A DNA stretch of 64,000 nucleotides from a virus: positions 75,591 to 139,590 of the IMG/VR virus record IMGVR_UViG_3300010885_072825; one strand, 5' to 3'. Below the pieces are notes generated by a model. It made no database searches. It worked only from the letters and a program-made list of their open reading frames with translations, and was not told where the DNA came from. Below, piece after piece: positions 1 to 10,277 of this stretch; within the stretch, counting starts at the first letter, position 1, and each line of letters begins with the position of its first letter. A program made the translations under genes and the position numbers.

Positions 1-595
1 TAGAATACAATCGACTTGTATAATAGGGATTATTAGTATAATTTTTAAAACGTTCATTTATACATTCAGGAATTGCTGGATGGTGAGTTACTACAATCGT
101 TTTTTGTTCAGGCTTGTTTGAAAATGATTCAATAAAGAATCGAGTTTGTTGATGCTCTGCTAGAATATGTTCAGGTGTTAATTTCTGACCACCAAAAGTA
201 ATTTGGTTATAGTCATTCATTTGTGCAGGTGCATCCAGCATTGCTAGTAGTTGATTTCCGAATAGATTGAAATCTGTCCAAAGAGTTCCGCCCACAAAAG
301 TATAGCCATTTATATCAACTGAGTTGTTTTGTAGAAAATGAATTCCTAGTTTTTGGCATTTGACGCGGAGTTCTTCTGTATGGTAAACAATATCTCGTCC
401 ATAAACCTCATGGTTTCCGGCCACATAGATAGCAGGTATATTCTTATCCAAGAAAGTTCGTTCAATCCAGGGCAGTGCCATGCATCCCACTCCCATGTCA
501 CCAGCTAGTACTGCTACATCACACTCAGGTGGTGTATGTCGGAACTTGCCGAACTCCAGGTGGCAATCATTCAATGAATGTATTTTTATAGACAT
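1..595 (-). CDS. Calcineurin-like metallophosphoesterase (runs off the window, 3' partial)
   Basis: Manual translation from ATG at 595: MSIKIHSLNDCHLE...LAGDMG...YVAGNHE, giving the DxH, GD and GNHE motifs. Confidence 0.85.
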   Translation of the reverse strand, partial: MSIKIHSLNDCHLEFGKFRHTPPECDVAVLAGDMGVGCMALPWIERTFLDKNIPAIYVAGNHEVYGRDIVYHTEELRVKCQKLGIHFLQNNSVDINGYTFVGGTLWTDFNLFGNQLLAMLDAPAQMNDYNQITFGGQKLTPEHILAEHQQTRFFIESFSNKPEQKTIVVTHHPAIPECINERFKNYTNNPYYTSRLYS

Positions 596-604
596 ATTAC
601 AGCC

Positions 605-886
605 CTAGATCCTTCCAAGGAATTGCCTAGCAAACGTTTCTGCCCAACTATCCAAATTTTTCTGAAGTTCATCAATTCCAGAAGCTGTATGTAGACTTGG
701 CGTTTTAGCAATTGCGTTTGTAACAACTGTTGGTAATTGATCTTCAATCATATTGATGATACGTGATTTTTCCACAGGATTCATATCCTGATCTTTTATA
801 CTCATGTAGAGTTTTTCACTCACCATTATACAGATTTGAACGGTCAATTCTTCTAGTTGTGATTTATAGTCGCCGGGCGTTGTCAT
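605..886 (-). CDS. Hypothetical protein
   Basis: 93-aa ORF with AAGGA RBS, co-oriented with neighbours. Confidence 0.65.
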   Translation of the reverse strand: MTTPGDYKSQLEELTVQICIMVSEKLYMSIKDQDMNPVEKSRIINMIEDQLPTVVTNAIAKTPSLHTASGIDELQKNLDSWAETFARQFLGRI

Positions 887-946
887 TGTTTTCCTTATAG
901 ATACGTCATCTTCAAGACTAACAGTTGTTATTCATCAATGTCAATA

Positions 947-2263
947 TCAATCAAAATCTGCTAGCAGATCAATGTAAGCATATGCCCCAAACGGCGGAAC
1001 AATACGAGATCCATGTCCTCCTGCGATGATCCAAAGAGTGTCACAATAATCGGACGATCCCCAGCCATAATTTGGATATCCATCTGTGAACCAAATTGCT
1101 TTCTTTGGCAAGATTTCATTTTGTTGCCAATATTCCCAAACAGCTTCAAAGCTAGTACCGCCGCCGCCTCGGCATTCATAACTTAGAAACTCTTCTTTGT
1201 TTTCATGTGTAAATTCCTGGTAGTTATGGATGCTAGTATCGAAGCACAAAACACCAATTTTAAACTGAGAATATACTTCCATGATTTCCCAGACTTCAGT
1301 CAAAAATTTCCTAGCAACTTGATCACTGATTGATGCACTCATATCAATTGCAACTTGTACATCAATTGTTTCATCCACATTAAGAACCGGCATGAAAATA
1401 CTAGTACCCGTAAACCTGCGATTGGGTTCCATAAAGGTATAATCGTCTGACATACAACTGTTGATAGTTGATTGCAGTAGTTCTCGCCAATTGATTTCTG
1501 GTGTTAGAAAATTGTTGAGCAGGCGTTGCATGCCAGCGGACATATTACCTGCCGCTGCGGCTGCTGAACTAATCAGCGCTGACTTGATATGTTCTCGAAT
1601 TTCTTCTAGATCAGCATCACTAATTTTAGGCATACTTTGCCCACCCGGATTTTTGCCATCTTCAGGGTCACTGGATCCTGCCATGGGAATATGAACATCC
1701 AGAGTCAGCTGTTTCTTGACCTTTCGTTTCATCAAGTCATCATAAACAGCTTCACTGGTCCATAGGTTGGGTTCACAATAGCGTTTGTCATAGAGTCCAA
1801 CGCGTTGTTGACCTTTGGTGGCAGAAGTTGTATCAACCACGATTTCTGTGGGCATCTTACCAATGCCTTCTTGTTCCAGAAATCCATTGACAATAAAATC
1901 CGTTGCCATGTTCCAATAGTCTGGATCGCGCAGTGAACGACGTCCAAAATGTTCAAATGCACAGTGAAGCAGCTCATGACAAAACACAAACATGAGTTCT
2001 GATGGTGCACCAGACTGTTCAACGGCTAGTCCTAAAACAAAGTCTGCATTGTAATAGATCTTTCGACCATCAACTGCCATCGTAGGACACCATCCTACAT
2101 CGGTGGCATCTACTAGACCAAAATGCATTGCCAGATTTCCCAAGAAGGGGTGTTTCATAAGTAGACTGATTCTGGCCTTAGTAATTTGACGCCGAGCTAG
2201 TTCTGACTTCTGACTTTTTTCAGCAAGTGTCAATTCTTTTGTTTTTGTTACTGCTTTTGCCAT
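947..2263 (-). CDS. DUF2201-type metallopeptidase-vWA protein, partner of a MoxR ATPase
   Basis: HELLH zincin motif, DMSAS MIDAS motif, GGGGTSF and FTDG. Confidence 0.85.
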   Translation of the reverse strand: MAKAVTKTKELTLAEKSQKSELARRQITKARISLLMKHPFLGNLAMHFGLVDATDVGWCPTMAVDGRKIYYNADFVLGLAVEQSGAPSELMFVFCHELLHCAFEHFGRRSLRDPDYWNMATDFIVNGFLEQEGIGKMPTEIVVDTTSATKGQQRVGLYDKRYCEPNLWTSEAVYDDLMKRKVKKQLTLDVHIPMAGSSDPEDGKNPGGQSMPKISDADLEEIREHIKSALISSAAAAAGNMSAGMQRLLNNFLTPEINWRELLQSTINSCMSDDYTFMEPNRRFTGTSIFMPVLNVDETIDVQVAIDMSASISDQVARKFLTEVWEIMEVYSQFKIGVLCFDTSIHNYQEFTHENKEEFLSYECRGGGGTSFEAVWEYWQQNEILPKKAIWFTDGYPNYGWGSSDYCDTLWIIAGGHGSRIVPPFGAYAYIDLLADFD

Positions 2264-3453
2264 TAGACGATCAATTCTGCAAATTCTTTGGTGTATTCTT
2301 TCCAGATAGGCAAATCACGCCCACGGTATTGTGTTGGTTGGTGTGGGTGCCCCAAAATACCTTTACATCCCATAACAGCCAGCTCACGTTCAAAATTCCT
2401 TAGGATGAATGTTAAATACGTGTTGGCCATTTCCTTCAGTTTTTTAACTGAATCCGGATTGGGGTTGGCTGCGGCTTTTTTATCCAGTTCAATAAGTCGA
2501 TAAATGCAGCTTGTGATCAAGCTATATACAATACCAATGTCTTTAATATCTAGTTTAGTGAGTTTACCAGTCAAAATTTCATCTGGGTTGGGAAGTTTGG
2601 CGGCCTGTTCTCGATACTTCATGAACTTCAAACCACGACTTGCTCCCACTGTGCCATTTACCAGTGACGTCAGTGTTGATTCAGTGTTCCAGACCTTTTC
2701 GTGAATATTGCCCGCATCATCCACAGTCTGGAGGAACTTGCTGACAAATTCCCAGGAACGTGGTGTAGCAAATGCTTCTGAATCCATGTTCTCACCAAAC
2801 GAGTTTAGGTCGTTGGGCTGGAAGCAAATATATCCCACAACATCTCGGTGGATTCGGTTTTGCATGGCCCACATCTTCCAGTCTTCAAAAGTCGTTTGAA
2901 GTGTGACATGGGTGAACCTGTTCCTGAGAGGAGTTGGCATTTTATAGCTAACGCCCTGGTCCTTCAGTCGATTGCCTGCTGCAATAATTGCACATTGTTC
3001 TGGCAGTTGGTAATTGCCAATACGTCGGTTTAGAATCATTTGATAGGTAGCTGCTTGTACACTGGGAGGAGCAGCTGAAATTTCATCATAAAATACCAGT
3101 GCTCGACTAGCTTGGTCAACTGGTAGGTCACTGGGATTACTCCAGCGGAATTCCTTTTCAACCAATGGCACCCCGGTATCATCACGCACTAGTTTACCAT
3201 CAGCATCAAATACTTTTACTTCTGCTAGATAGGGAATGCCTCGAACATCTGTAATATCCAACAGTGGCAATCGAATATCAATAAGTGGTCGATTTTGTTT
3301 TTTCGCTGCTTGCGCAACAATATCAGACTTACCAACACCTGGCCCAGCCCAAATCATAAGAGGACGTTTCATATCGATACAAACGTCGATCATTTCAGCA
3401 AGTGCTGCTGGTCCTACTGAATCACTGATATCAATCGTATTACCTTTAGACAT
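2263..3453 (-). CDS. MoxR-family AAA+ ATPase
   Basis: Walker A GPGVGKS, Walker B FYDE, AAGNR, PLRNRF, TPRSW. Confidence 0.9.
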   Translation of the reverse strand: MSKGNTIDISDSVGPAALAEMIDVCIDMKRPLMIWAGPGVGKSDIVAQAAKKQNRPLIDIRLPLLDITDVRGIPYLAEVKVFDADGKLVRDDTGVPLVEKEFRWSNPSDLPVDQASRALVFYDEISAAPPSVQAATYQMILNRRIGNYQLPEQCAIIAAGNRLKDQGVSYKMPTPLRNRFTHVTLQTTFEDWKMWAMQNRIHRDVVGYICFQPNDLNSFGENMDSEAFATPRSWEFVSKFLQTVDDAGNIHEKVWNTESTLTSLVNGTVGASRGLKFMKYREQAAKLPNPDEILTGKLTKLDIKDIGIVYSLITSCIYRLIELDKKAAANPNPDSVKKLKEMANTYLTFILRNFERELAVMGCKGILGHPHQPTQYRGRDLPIWKEYTKEFAELIV

Positions 3454-3523
3454 TCAAATACCTTTTTTCTCGGGTTGTATGTCAATTATATGGTAACTTT
3501 TTTGTTTGTCTACCTGACTAGTA

Positions 3524-3946
3524 TCAAAAAGTGCAAAAGGCTCGAACATTTCCACTGGATAATTGGAATTCAAAAGCTGCTTCTGGATTCCAGAGAAACA
3601 TAGTGCCTGATTTGAAAAACCAGGGTCCTGCTATGTAGCGATTCAAACCAATTATGACTTTGGGTGTCATTTCAGCTTGGAATTCTCGATAGGTTTTTGT
3701 TTGAAGTTCAACTGCAATAGGTGGCCAGTGTGGGGACAATAATTCAAATCCGAATTTGGTTAACTGCCAACTCCTGTTTACCCAAACTAGGTCAGCTAAT
3801 TCCTTGATTCGTTTTGCGTGTTCATCGGGACCCCGGTCAGTCAATTCCTGCAAAATAGGATTCAAGTCATTGATTATTTCAGTAACTTCCTGTCTAGATA
3901 TTGCCTGTGGAAAACGATCACTCACCTTCTTTGATTTCAACTCCAC
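3524..3946 (-). CDS. Hypothetical protein
   Basis: 140-aa ORF within the minus-strand gene run. Confidence 0.55.
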   Translation of the reverse strand: MELKSKKVSDRFPQAISRQEVTEIINDLNPILQELTDRGPDEHAKRIKELADLVWVNRSWQLTKFGFELLSPHWPPIAVELQTKTYREFQAEMTPKVIIGLNRYIAGPWFFKSGTMFLWNPEAAFEFQLSSGNVRAFCTF

Positions 3947-4214
3947 TGTTTAAAAGAAAAACTTGAAATTTAGTTGTTTTAAACATTCGATTTAATTTTT
4001 CCGCCAAATTAAAAGCATGACCCTGATTGGAAAAACTGCTTTTTTTATATTTCAGTGAATTTTCACTCAATAGACTATTTTTAATAGTTCTCAAATTAAT
4101 GGGTTTGCCGTCATAGAATACAGCATAAATGCCGGTTGCTGCTAATACCTGTTCACTTTTATAAGTTTTGGGATCCGTATAATTTAATACTACTCGAGGT
4201 TTGGGACGCGACAT
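3918..4214 (-). CDS. Conserved jumbo-phage hypothetical protein
   Basis: MSRPKP...YKKSSFSNQGHAFNLA; ATAAATA motif upstream at 4240-4246. Confidence 0.7.
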   Translation of the reverse strand: MSRPKPRVVLNYTDPKTYKSEQVLAATGIYAVFYDGKPINLRTIKNSLLSENSLKYKKSSFSNQGHAFNLAEKLNRMFKTTKFQVFLLNSGVEIKEGE

Positions 4215-4255
4215 AAAAACACCATAATGATTATATGGCTATTTATTCATTTTGT

Positions 4256-4492
4256 TCAAAAATTTCCACCTTCAAAACTTATATCAATTTGCTCAGATTT
4301 TTGAAGTTCAATGATTTGATTTTGTAGATCAAGAATTTTAGAACTCAACGATAATTCGCGCGCTAAAACTAGACTTATTGCAGTAGATAATCTTTCTGCT
4401 TCCTGTATGCTCAAACGAATTTCTTTGCTATTTTGATTTTTAGCTGTTTGAAATTTAAGAACAAATTCTTCTATTCCATGATAATTTGACAT
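4256..4492 (-). CDS. Hypothetical protein
   Basis: 78-aa ORF tightly packed in the operon. Confidence 0.65.
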   Translation of the reverse strand: MSNYHGIEEFVLKFQTAKNQNSKEIRLSIQEAERLSTAISLVLARELSLSSKILDLQNQIIELQKSEQIDISFEGGNF

Positions 4493-4493
4493 T

Positions 4494-4976
4494 TTATTGC
4501 AATTCCTCGGATTTGTTTTTTTCTTGATTTACCACATGCGTTGCTTCAAGTTTCGTTTTAAATGGTCCCAAGGTTTGATACTGTTCCAAGGTTGCTTTTT
4601 TGGGGGAAAATGCAGTTGTCCAGCCATTGGGAAATAAAATTACCCAATAACCAGCCGCATATAATACGTCTGAAGTAGCCGTTTTAGTATAAGTTGGTAT
4701 TTGCCCCTCAGTTATATTGAATGGCGCGTGTTTTACCGGGAACCCTGAAATATCACCCAGTTCTTCTGATTTGTTATTGTCAGTTACTTCTTCAATCTGT
4801 ATTTCTATTTTGAGCTGTTTTTCCATGTCAGCAAATGATTCAAACGTTTTGCCTTTGGCAATAGACACTCCAATCAGATGGTATGTTTCATTTATCAATG
4901 CACAAAGTCCCTGTTTATTTCCCCCTACTGAAACAATCCAGCTGGTTGTGGATATTGGTTTAAAATCATATCGCAT
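4494..4976 (-). CDS. Hypothetical protein
   Basis: 160-aa ORF overlapping the rnh stop. Confidence 0.7.
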   Translation of the reverse strand: MRYDFKPISTTSWIVSVGGNKQGLCALINETYHLIGVSIAKGKTFESFADMEKQLKIEIQIEEVTDNNKSEELGDISGFPVKHAPFNITEGQIPTYTKTATSDVLYAAGYWVILFPNGWTTAFSPKKATLEQYQTLGPFKTKLEATHVVNQEKNKSEELQ

Positions 4977-5973
4977 TGGCAGTATTCCTAATTGTCAATA
5001 AATGTCCGGTATAGGGTGTAGAGAAGCAAGCACTAAAATCACTTGCCGATTTTTCTATTCTAACCAATCCATGCGTGTGACAAAATTGCAACAACCCAAT
5101 ACCAACTTGTGATCTACCGGGCCTATCAATTGAATCCAATATTGAACTATCAAATTTTTCAATTAGATCTGCTGGCTGTTGAGTCAAGTCAATCAGTAGT
5201 CGATTCCTTTTATAATCATCTTGTACACGGTGTTCCGCGCCTTCGTGATCCAACCAAGTACTTAACATCAAATTATTCCAAGCATAGCCCTGTGTAGTTC
5301 GATCTTCAAACGCCAGCTGCATCTGCGTTTTTCTAACGCGTGGAAAAGCAGACATGATATTATCTGAAGAATCTCCGCGCAGACATTTTTCAAACAACAT
5401 CCATTCGGGATCGGGTTTGGCTATTTGGTTGCCTTTTTTATCAACAGCCGGGGCCCCATTTTTGTCCCAAACACCTTCAATAGTGTATAAGAGTGCTGAT
5501 ATACCATCATAAAGCATTACACGATCTGATATCAATTGTTTGAAATCACTGTCACTGGAAATAATAACGTGATTATCTTCAGGATGTAATTGTATCCAAC
5601 GCGCAATAAGATCGTCTGCTTCAGCTTCTGGGTTTTGAAGAACTGTGCAATTGGTTTTTGTTCGGAGAAATTTAACAAATTCATTCATTGTTTCAAAAAA
5701 AGCAGTGTCGTCATCTATTTCACGCTGAGTTCGCTGTGCAGCAGCCGCCTTTCGATTTGCCTTATAGGGAGCATAGATATTTTTTCTCCATGAACGTCCT
5801 TCTAGCATGAAAACCAGGTGTTTGGAATCTGCATCAAACTGATCCCAAACTTTTTTAATACTTTGGAATATTATGTGCAATGCCATTCCAGAAGCTGAAT
5901 CTTGATCCGGTGCTCGAATACCATGTCTTATTCGCATGAATAGATTTTGTTGATCTATTAGGATATATCTCAT
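4966..5973 (-). CDS. rnh: T4-type RNase H / 5'-3' flap exonuclease
   Basis: YILID, SWRK..Y.PYKANR, EADD, SSDSDF and GDSSDNI motifs. Confidence 0.9.
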   Translation of the reverse strand: MRYILIDQQNLFMRIRHGIRAPDQDSASGMALHIIFQSIKKVWDQFDADSKHLVFMLEGRSWRKNIYAPYKANRKAAAAQRTQREIDDDTAFFETMNEFVKFLRTKTNCTVLQNPEAEADDLIARWIQLHPEDNHVIISSDSDFKQLISDRVMLYDGISALLYTIEGVWDKNGAPAVDKKGNQIAKPDPEWMLFEKCLRGDSSDNIMSAFPRVRKTQMQLAFEDRTTQGYAWNNLMLSTWLDHEGAEHRVQDDYKRNRLLIDLTQQPADLIEKFDSSILDSIDRPGRSQVGIGLLQFCHTHGLVRIEKSASDFSACFSTPYTGHLLTIRNTANAI

Positions 5974-5984
5974 TCACATTACTT

Positions 5985-6686
5985 TCAAAAATATTCTGTT
6001 AAATCACCTGAGATTCTTTGACTTTGTCCATTTGCCACAAATGTATTTTCAGGAATGTTTAGCTCATTTGAAACCAGTCGACAAATATCATTCAACCAAT
6101 GATTTATTACTTCTTCTTCAGTTCCATTGTAGCCATTTGCTTTTAGGAATTCCAAGAAATAATCATTGTAGTCTAGCTCAAAAAAGTTCTTTTTATCATC
6201 AACTGGATCCCAATTTATTTTGGGCATAGAAACCCAGGGTTCATGCCGGAGCTCAGCTGCTTGTTTTTCCATTTCATAATCTGTAATCAACTTGAATTCC
6301 AAATCCAACTCAAGTTTAGCTAGTTGCCATTCCACACTGTCAGTTTCACCTGGCAGTTTAGCTAGTCGATAATCATATTCAGAAATGTTATTATGCTTGA
6401 ATTCAGTTTCAGCATTTAGTCGGGCCAGTTCAGTTTTATTATCAGCAATAAGTTCATTTTTTTGTAGTTCATAATCATACTGGCTAATGTGATCATATTG
6501 ACGCTGTATATCAAGTTTCTTTAATTGATATTCAATATCATTTTCAGATTCTAGAGCAGCGATTCTGAGATCAAGGTCATAACCAGTATATTCATATTCT
6601 GCTTGTGCTCTGAGTCTGGTTTTGCCTTTGAGTCCCCAGCTTGCCGGGTGTAGAAAAAATGGTATTATTGTGTTCTTTTTTGTCAT
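5985..6686 (-). CDS. Conserved phage hypothetical protein with short internal repeats
   Basis: Probable start MTKK after GGAG; ISQYDY/ISEYDY/ITDYEM repeats. Confidence 0.65.
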   Translation of the reverse strand: MTKKNTIIPFFLHPASWGLKGKTRLRAQAEYEYTGYDLDLRIAALESENDIEYQLKKLDIQRQYDHISQYDYELQKNELIADNKTELARLNAETEFKHNNISEYDYRLAKLPGETDSVEWQLAKLELDLEFKLITDYEMEKQAAELRHEPWVSMPKINWDPVDDKKNFFELDYNDYFLEFLKANGYNGTEEEVINHWLNDICRLVSNELNIPENTFVANGQSQRISGDLTEYF

Positions 6687-6687
6687 T

Positions 6688-7620
6688 TTAAACTCCCCAA
6701 GCATTCCCTTTGACATTGACATGATATCTAGGACTCATTCTGTAACCATATTTAAGGCACAAATCATATACTATTTCTTGATAGTGAATATATTCTTCAT
6801 AACAACCACCAACTGGCATTAGAAATACTTGTTCTACTCCCAGTTCTTTTACAGCTTGTTCAACTTCGGGAATGTGTTCTTCACCAGCAACCACAAATTT
6901 CAAATACATGATCCGAGCTTTGACCTGTTCAAAGCTGCGAATGACTTCGGGGCGAATGGCCTGACTCCACAATTCTCCACTAGCAGACAGTTTGGGACTA
7001 ACTGAAAAAGTTACTGTAATTGGTCTGGGTGGTTCTGGAGTTGTGTATATCTCTCGGTATCCACCCAGACCATCGTCTTCTAATTCACCCTCTTCCCAAG
7101 CCCATATTTCATGTGTTTTATTACGATCGTTAAAATAGTCAACCAATGCTTTGCTGAGTGGTTGCGTGCCATTAGTTTCAAAAGTGAGATTCGTTAATTC
7201 CGGCAATAGATCCAAAAGTTTGGGATATGCACGTTGCCAGCCCAACAGTGGTTCGCCGCCTGTAATCACTAGATGAAACTCTTTGCCATTTTCTGTGTGA
7301 AATTTGCCATCTGGCAACAAAGCTCGCATTTCATTTACCAAGTCTTCTTCTGTTTTCATTGGTGATAGATGTTTGAATTCAGTGTAGATAGCCGCATAGC
7401 TATCACACCCTGTTCTTACCAGTGGTAAATCGTCAAATTTTTCATAATTATCGATGTTTTTGATTATTTCACCAACTTCAGTTGTCTGTTCTCCCTTAGG
7501 TAACCCAAATGATTTACATCGAAAATTACACCCGAATGTACGTAGAAAAATACTGGGTTGTCCAAGCCAATAGCCTTCTCCTTGATGAGCTGGTCCAAAA
7601 AGTTCTGATACTTTAATCAT
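6688..7620 (-). CDS. queE: 7-carboxy-7-deazaguanine synthase-like radical SAM protein
   Basis: QGEG, FLRTFGCNFRC...CDS, ITGGEP, ETNGT, SPKL and R.H motifs; start refined using a GAGG RBS. Confidence 0.85.
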   Translation of the reverse strand: MIKVSELFGPAHQGEGYWLGQPSIFLRTFGCNFRCKSFGLPKGEQTTEVGEIIKNIDNYEKFDDLPLVRTGCDSYAAIYTEFKHLSPMKTEEDLVNEMRALLPDGKFHTENGKEFHLVITGGEPLLGWQRAYPKLLDLLPELTNLTFETNGTQPLSKALVDYFNDRNKTHEIWAWEEGELEDDGLGGYREIYTTPEPPRPITVTFSVSPKLSASGELWSQAIRPEVIRSFEQVKARIMYLKFVVAGEEHIPEVEQAVKELGVEQVFLMPVGGCYEEYIHYQEIVYDLCLKYGYRMSPRYHVNVKGNAWGV

Positions 7621-7677
7621 AATTACCTCTGATTCTATCTTCAATTATTCTATATTCACTGGCTGCCAGTCAATAAA

Positions 7678-7710
7678 AAACTCCGGACTTTGATATCCGG
7701 AGTTTCTTTT
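7678..7710. terminator. Intrinsic terminator, possibly bidirectional
   Basis: AAACTCCGGA...TCCGGAGTTT hairpin flanked by A/T runs, after the 7714 ORF. Confidence 0.7.
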
Positions 7711-7713
7711 GAG

Positions 7714-8487
7714 TTATCGTACCCAGCTGGGAGGCGGTTGACATCCAGATGAACTACCATTTCCTGGGAATGGATTGGGAATCGTGGGAGAATTTTTTGT
7801 CCTAAGCTGTATACCCATCTTCCGTAAATTTTCTGCTGTGTCATAATAAATGATCATTAGACTGTCTGCTGTTGTGGTATTGTATCTGACAAAGTTCACT
7901 TCTTGTGTTATGTGATCAACAGCATTACCAAAAGCTGTTCCCACTTTTAATTGTGAGCAATTGTTGGTGGTAACAGTTGAAACTGTACTACGTAGATAAG
8001 AGTCGTGATGTGATGCAGCACTAATTAATATTGGTGTAGCAATATTAGAATGAAGATTTGCTGAATAACCGGCATAATTTGATAATGGTGTTGCATTTGA
8101 GTTCTCACCAAATACCATACACCCAATTACTCCTGTGTTAGCAACCGTACCGCCAATCTGATTTACATAGGAATTTGATTTTTTAGAGAAATAAAATTCT
8201 GCTGCTTCTCGGTTATTAAGTCTCCAGCCCGGTATTTCCATGCTTTGATTGGGTGATAACACATAACCTCTGCTGTGGATACCTGCCGGTAACCCATCAA
8301 GTATATCTAGTCCATCCACGCTTACGATGAACTGGGCACGTCGCCAATCATTGTTTTTTAGATAGATAGTGTACTTACTGCCTTCTCGTCCTTCAATCCA
8401 AATATTACCATTGTGGAGGTATTCATCAGCAGCAGCACGACCATTTGGACGTATTTGCATTTCATATAGTGCGCCAGTATTAAACAT
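7714..8487 (-). CDS. Hypothetical beta-rich protein coupled to the vWA gene
   Basis: SVDG..I.DG, GYVL and IPGWR motifs; probable start MFNTG after GAGG. Confidence 0.65.
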   Translation of the reverse strand: MFNTGALYEMQIRPNGRAAADEYLHNGNIWIEGREGSKYTIYLKNNDWRRAQFIVSVDGLDILDGLPAGIHSRGYVLSPNQSMEIPGWRLNNREAAEFYFSKKSNSYVNQIGGTVANTGVIGCMVFGENSNATPLSNYAGYSANLHSNIATPILISAASHHDSYLRSTVSTVTTNNCSQLKVGTAFGNAVDHITQEVNFVRYNTTTADSLMIIYYDTAENLRKMGIQLRTKNSPTIPNPFPGNGSSSGCQPPPSWVR

Positions 8488-9277
8488 GATTTGTGCCTCG
8501 CTTTTTAGAACCACGAACTTTGACAGATGTAGTTGTTACCACATCTGCAACTGAATCAGACCATCCTGATGTTGCAGCACCTGAAGCATATATGGTTTGG
8601 GTATTCATACCAGCAAATTTTGCACCACGCATTGCCGTAGTACTGGAACTCACTGAATTCATAGTCTTAATCATGTCAGAAGTACTATAAGATACGGTGT
8701 TGTGAGATCCCATGCCATAAGCAGATCCCACGCTGAATGCATCAATATTAGCTCCCAAGAAGATGAATGAATAATCAGCAGCTTCGCCTGCTGCCACCAT
8801 TTCTTTGATTTGAGCATTGGTATATTTTTGACTAGCGTTTTCTTCACCATCTGTCATGATCACCACAATCACACCTGGACGTTCCAATTCAGGTACTGAT
8901 CGAAGTACTTCATCTATATTTTGAATAGCAGACCCAATGGCATCATTCAAATTGGTCCCACCACCTGGTTGATAGTCACGAGTAGTTAATGGCTCTACCA
9001 ATTCAATTGGTTTATTTTTATAAAGTGTGTGAATATGAGGTGCATTCAGCTTAGTGACTGTAAGATACGCTCGTCCGGCGCCTTCGGTGCGTTTTTGTCC
9101 ATCAACAAATTCATTGAATCCTGCGATAGTGCTGGCTTGAGCATGAGCCATGCTGCCGCTTTCATCTAAAATAATGCTGATTAATGTTCCGTTATTGGAT
9201 GCTTTGGCAAATTCCCATTTTTTATCTGCGGGGAACGCATTTGGTAGATCATTCAGAGCTGTAGTGTATGTTTTCAT
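8480..9277 (-). CDS. vWA domain protein
   Basis: ILDESGSM MIDAS motif, GGTNLNDAI, MTDGEENAS, FLGAN. Confidence 0.85.
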   Translation of the reverse strand: MKTYTTALNDLPNAFPADKKWEFAKASNNGTLISIILDESGSMAHAQASTIAGFNEFVDGQKRTEGAGRAYLTVTKLNAPHIHTLYKNKPIELVEPLTTRDYQPGGGTNLNDAIGSAIQNIDEVLRSVPELERPGVIVVIMTDGEENASQKYTNAQIKEMVAAGEAADYSFIFLGANIDAFSVGSAYGMGSHNTVSYSTSDMIKTMNSVSSSTTAMRGAKFAGMNTQTIYASGAATSGWSDSVADVVTTTSVKVRGSKKRGTNHV

Positions 9278-9290
9278 TTATTTTCCTTCT

Positions 9291-9362
9291 GAGGTCTTCG
9301 CTGCTCAGCATCACCGCTGAGACTTCACCGCCTCGTGTGAATCGACCCTATGTCAACTCACA
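9291..9362 (-). promoter_or_regulatory. Structured 5' leader with two hairpins downstream of a TATAAATA late promoter
   Basis: TGTGAGTTGAC/GTCGATTCACA stem with G-U pairs; GAGG..CTCAGC/GCTGAG..CCTC stem. Confidence 0.55.
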
Positions 9363-9416
9363 TTCTATTTATAATTTATTGAACTGAATAAAATCAAATT
9401 TCAGTAAATAAAATAA

Positions 9417-9602
9417 TCATTTGATTGCTTGAAATTCAATTTGTCTAATTCCATCACGCATTGGCAAAAAGACCGGCATATTATTGCCTGCTTTGAAGTA
9501 TTCTTGTTCCTTGAGTTCTTTTGCAATTTTATCAATATAAAGTTTGGCTTTGTCATCACTAAGATTCCCAACTTCAACATATGCTATCAAAATAGTTTCC
9601 AT
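9417..9602 (-). CDS. Hypothetical protein
   Basis: 61 aa with AAGGA RBS. Confidence 0.6.
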   Translation of the reverse strand: METILIAYVEVGNLSDDKAKLYIDKIAKELKEQEYFKAGNNMPVFLPMRDGIRQIEFQAIK

Positions 9603-9653
9603 TTAATTCCTTTTTTAAATTAAATCAAATTATATGCAGCAAATAATTAGAAA

Positions 9654-10277
9654 TCAAATCTGAGGAAATAATATTTGAGTCATGAAAGTTTTAGCAGACT
9701 GTTCACCAATAATATTTTTCAATGCTCGGAATGTATGTTCATTCTGACGTTGTTTTTCACAATATCTATTTTGACCAATAGTAATTTCAGCAACATCACC
9801 TAATTCAGTTTGTAAAGTAGTCAAATAAGCGGTCAACACTCGCTTAGCTTCGTCTGCTATTAACCGCATTTCTGCTTCATCTGGGCGTGCTGCTATCCAG
9901 TGATCACTGAATATATCGCCCCATGCTGGTCGTTCACGTTGTTTGACAATTGCAATGTCACTGAATGGTTTGAGTGGTTTGCTATTTGTTGGACTCAAAT
10001 CTAAGAACACACCAGTGACTTTATTCTCACCCGCAATTACATCAAAGCCAAAGATGGGTGCTGTGTCATTAGCACGTGGAAAAACACAACAGTGAACTAC
10101 CATAAATCTGTCTTGGTTGAAAATTTCAATATGTGCTAGACGAAATCGATCACTTGAATATCTATAATTTTCCCAACCCCAGTCTTCAGTTGGTATTTCG
10201 GTCAAATTAGACTGACTTAATATTATTGCGTGTAATTCTCGAGCCAGGTTATCTAGAAAATGAATATAGTTCATCAT
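9654..10277 (-). CDS. Ferredoxin-dependent bilin reductase (PcyA/PcyX/pre-PcyA-like)
   Basis: FRLAHIE, VVHCCVFP, PIFGFDVIAG, DLSP, PAWGDIFS and QNRYCEKQRQNEHT all align with PcyA motifs. Confidence 0.9.
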   Translation of the reverse strand: MMNYIHFLDNLARELHAIILSQSNLTEIPTEDWGWENYRYSSDRFRLAHIEIFNQDRFMVVHCCVFPRANDTAPIFGFDVIAGENKVTGVFLDLSPTNSKPLKPFSDIAIVKQRERPAWGDIFSDHWIAARPDEAEMRLIADEAKRVLTAYLTTLQTELGDVAEITIGQNRYCEKQRQNEHTFRALKNIIGEQSAKTFMTQILFPQI

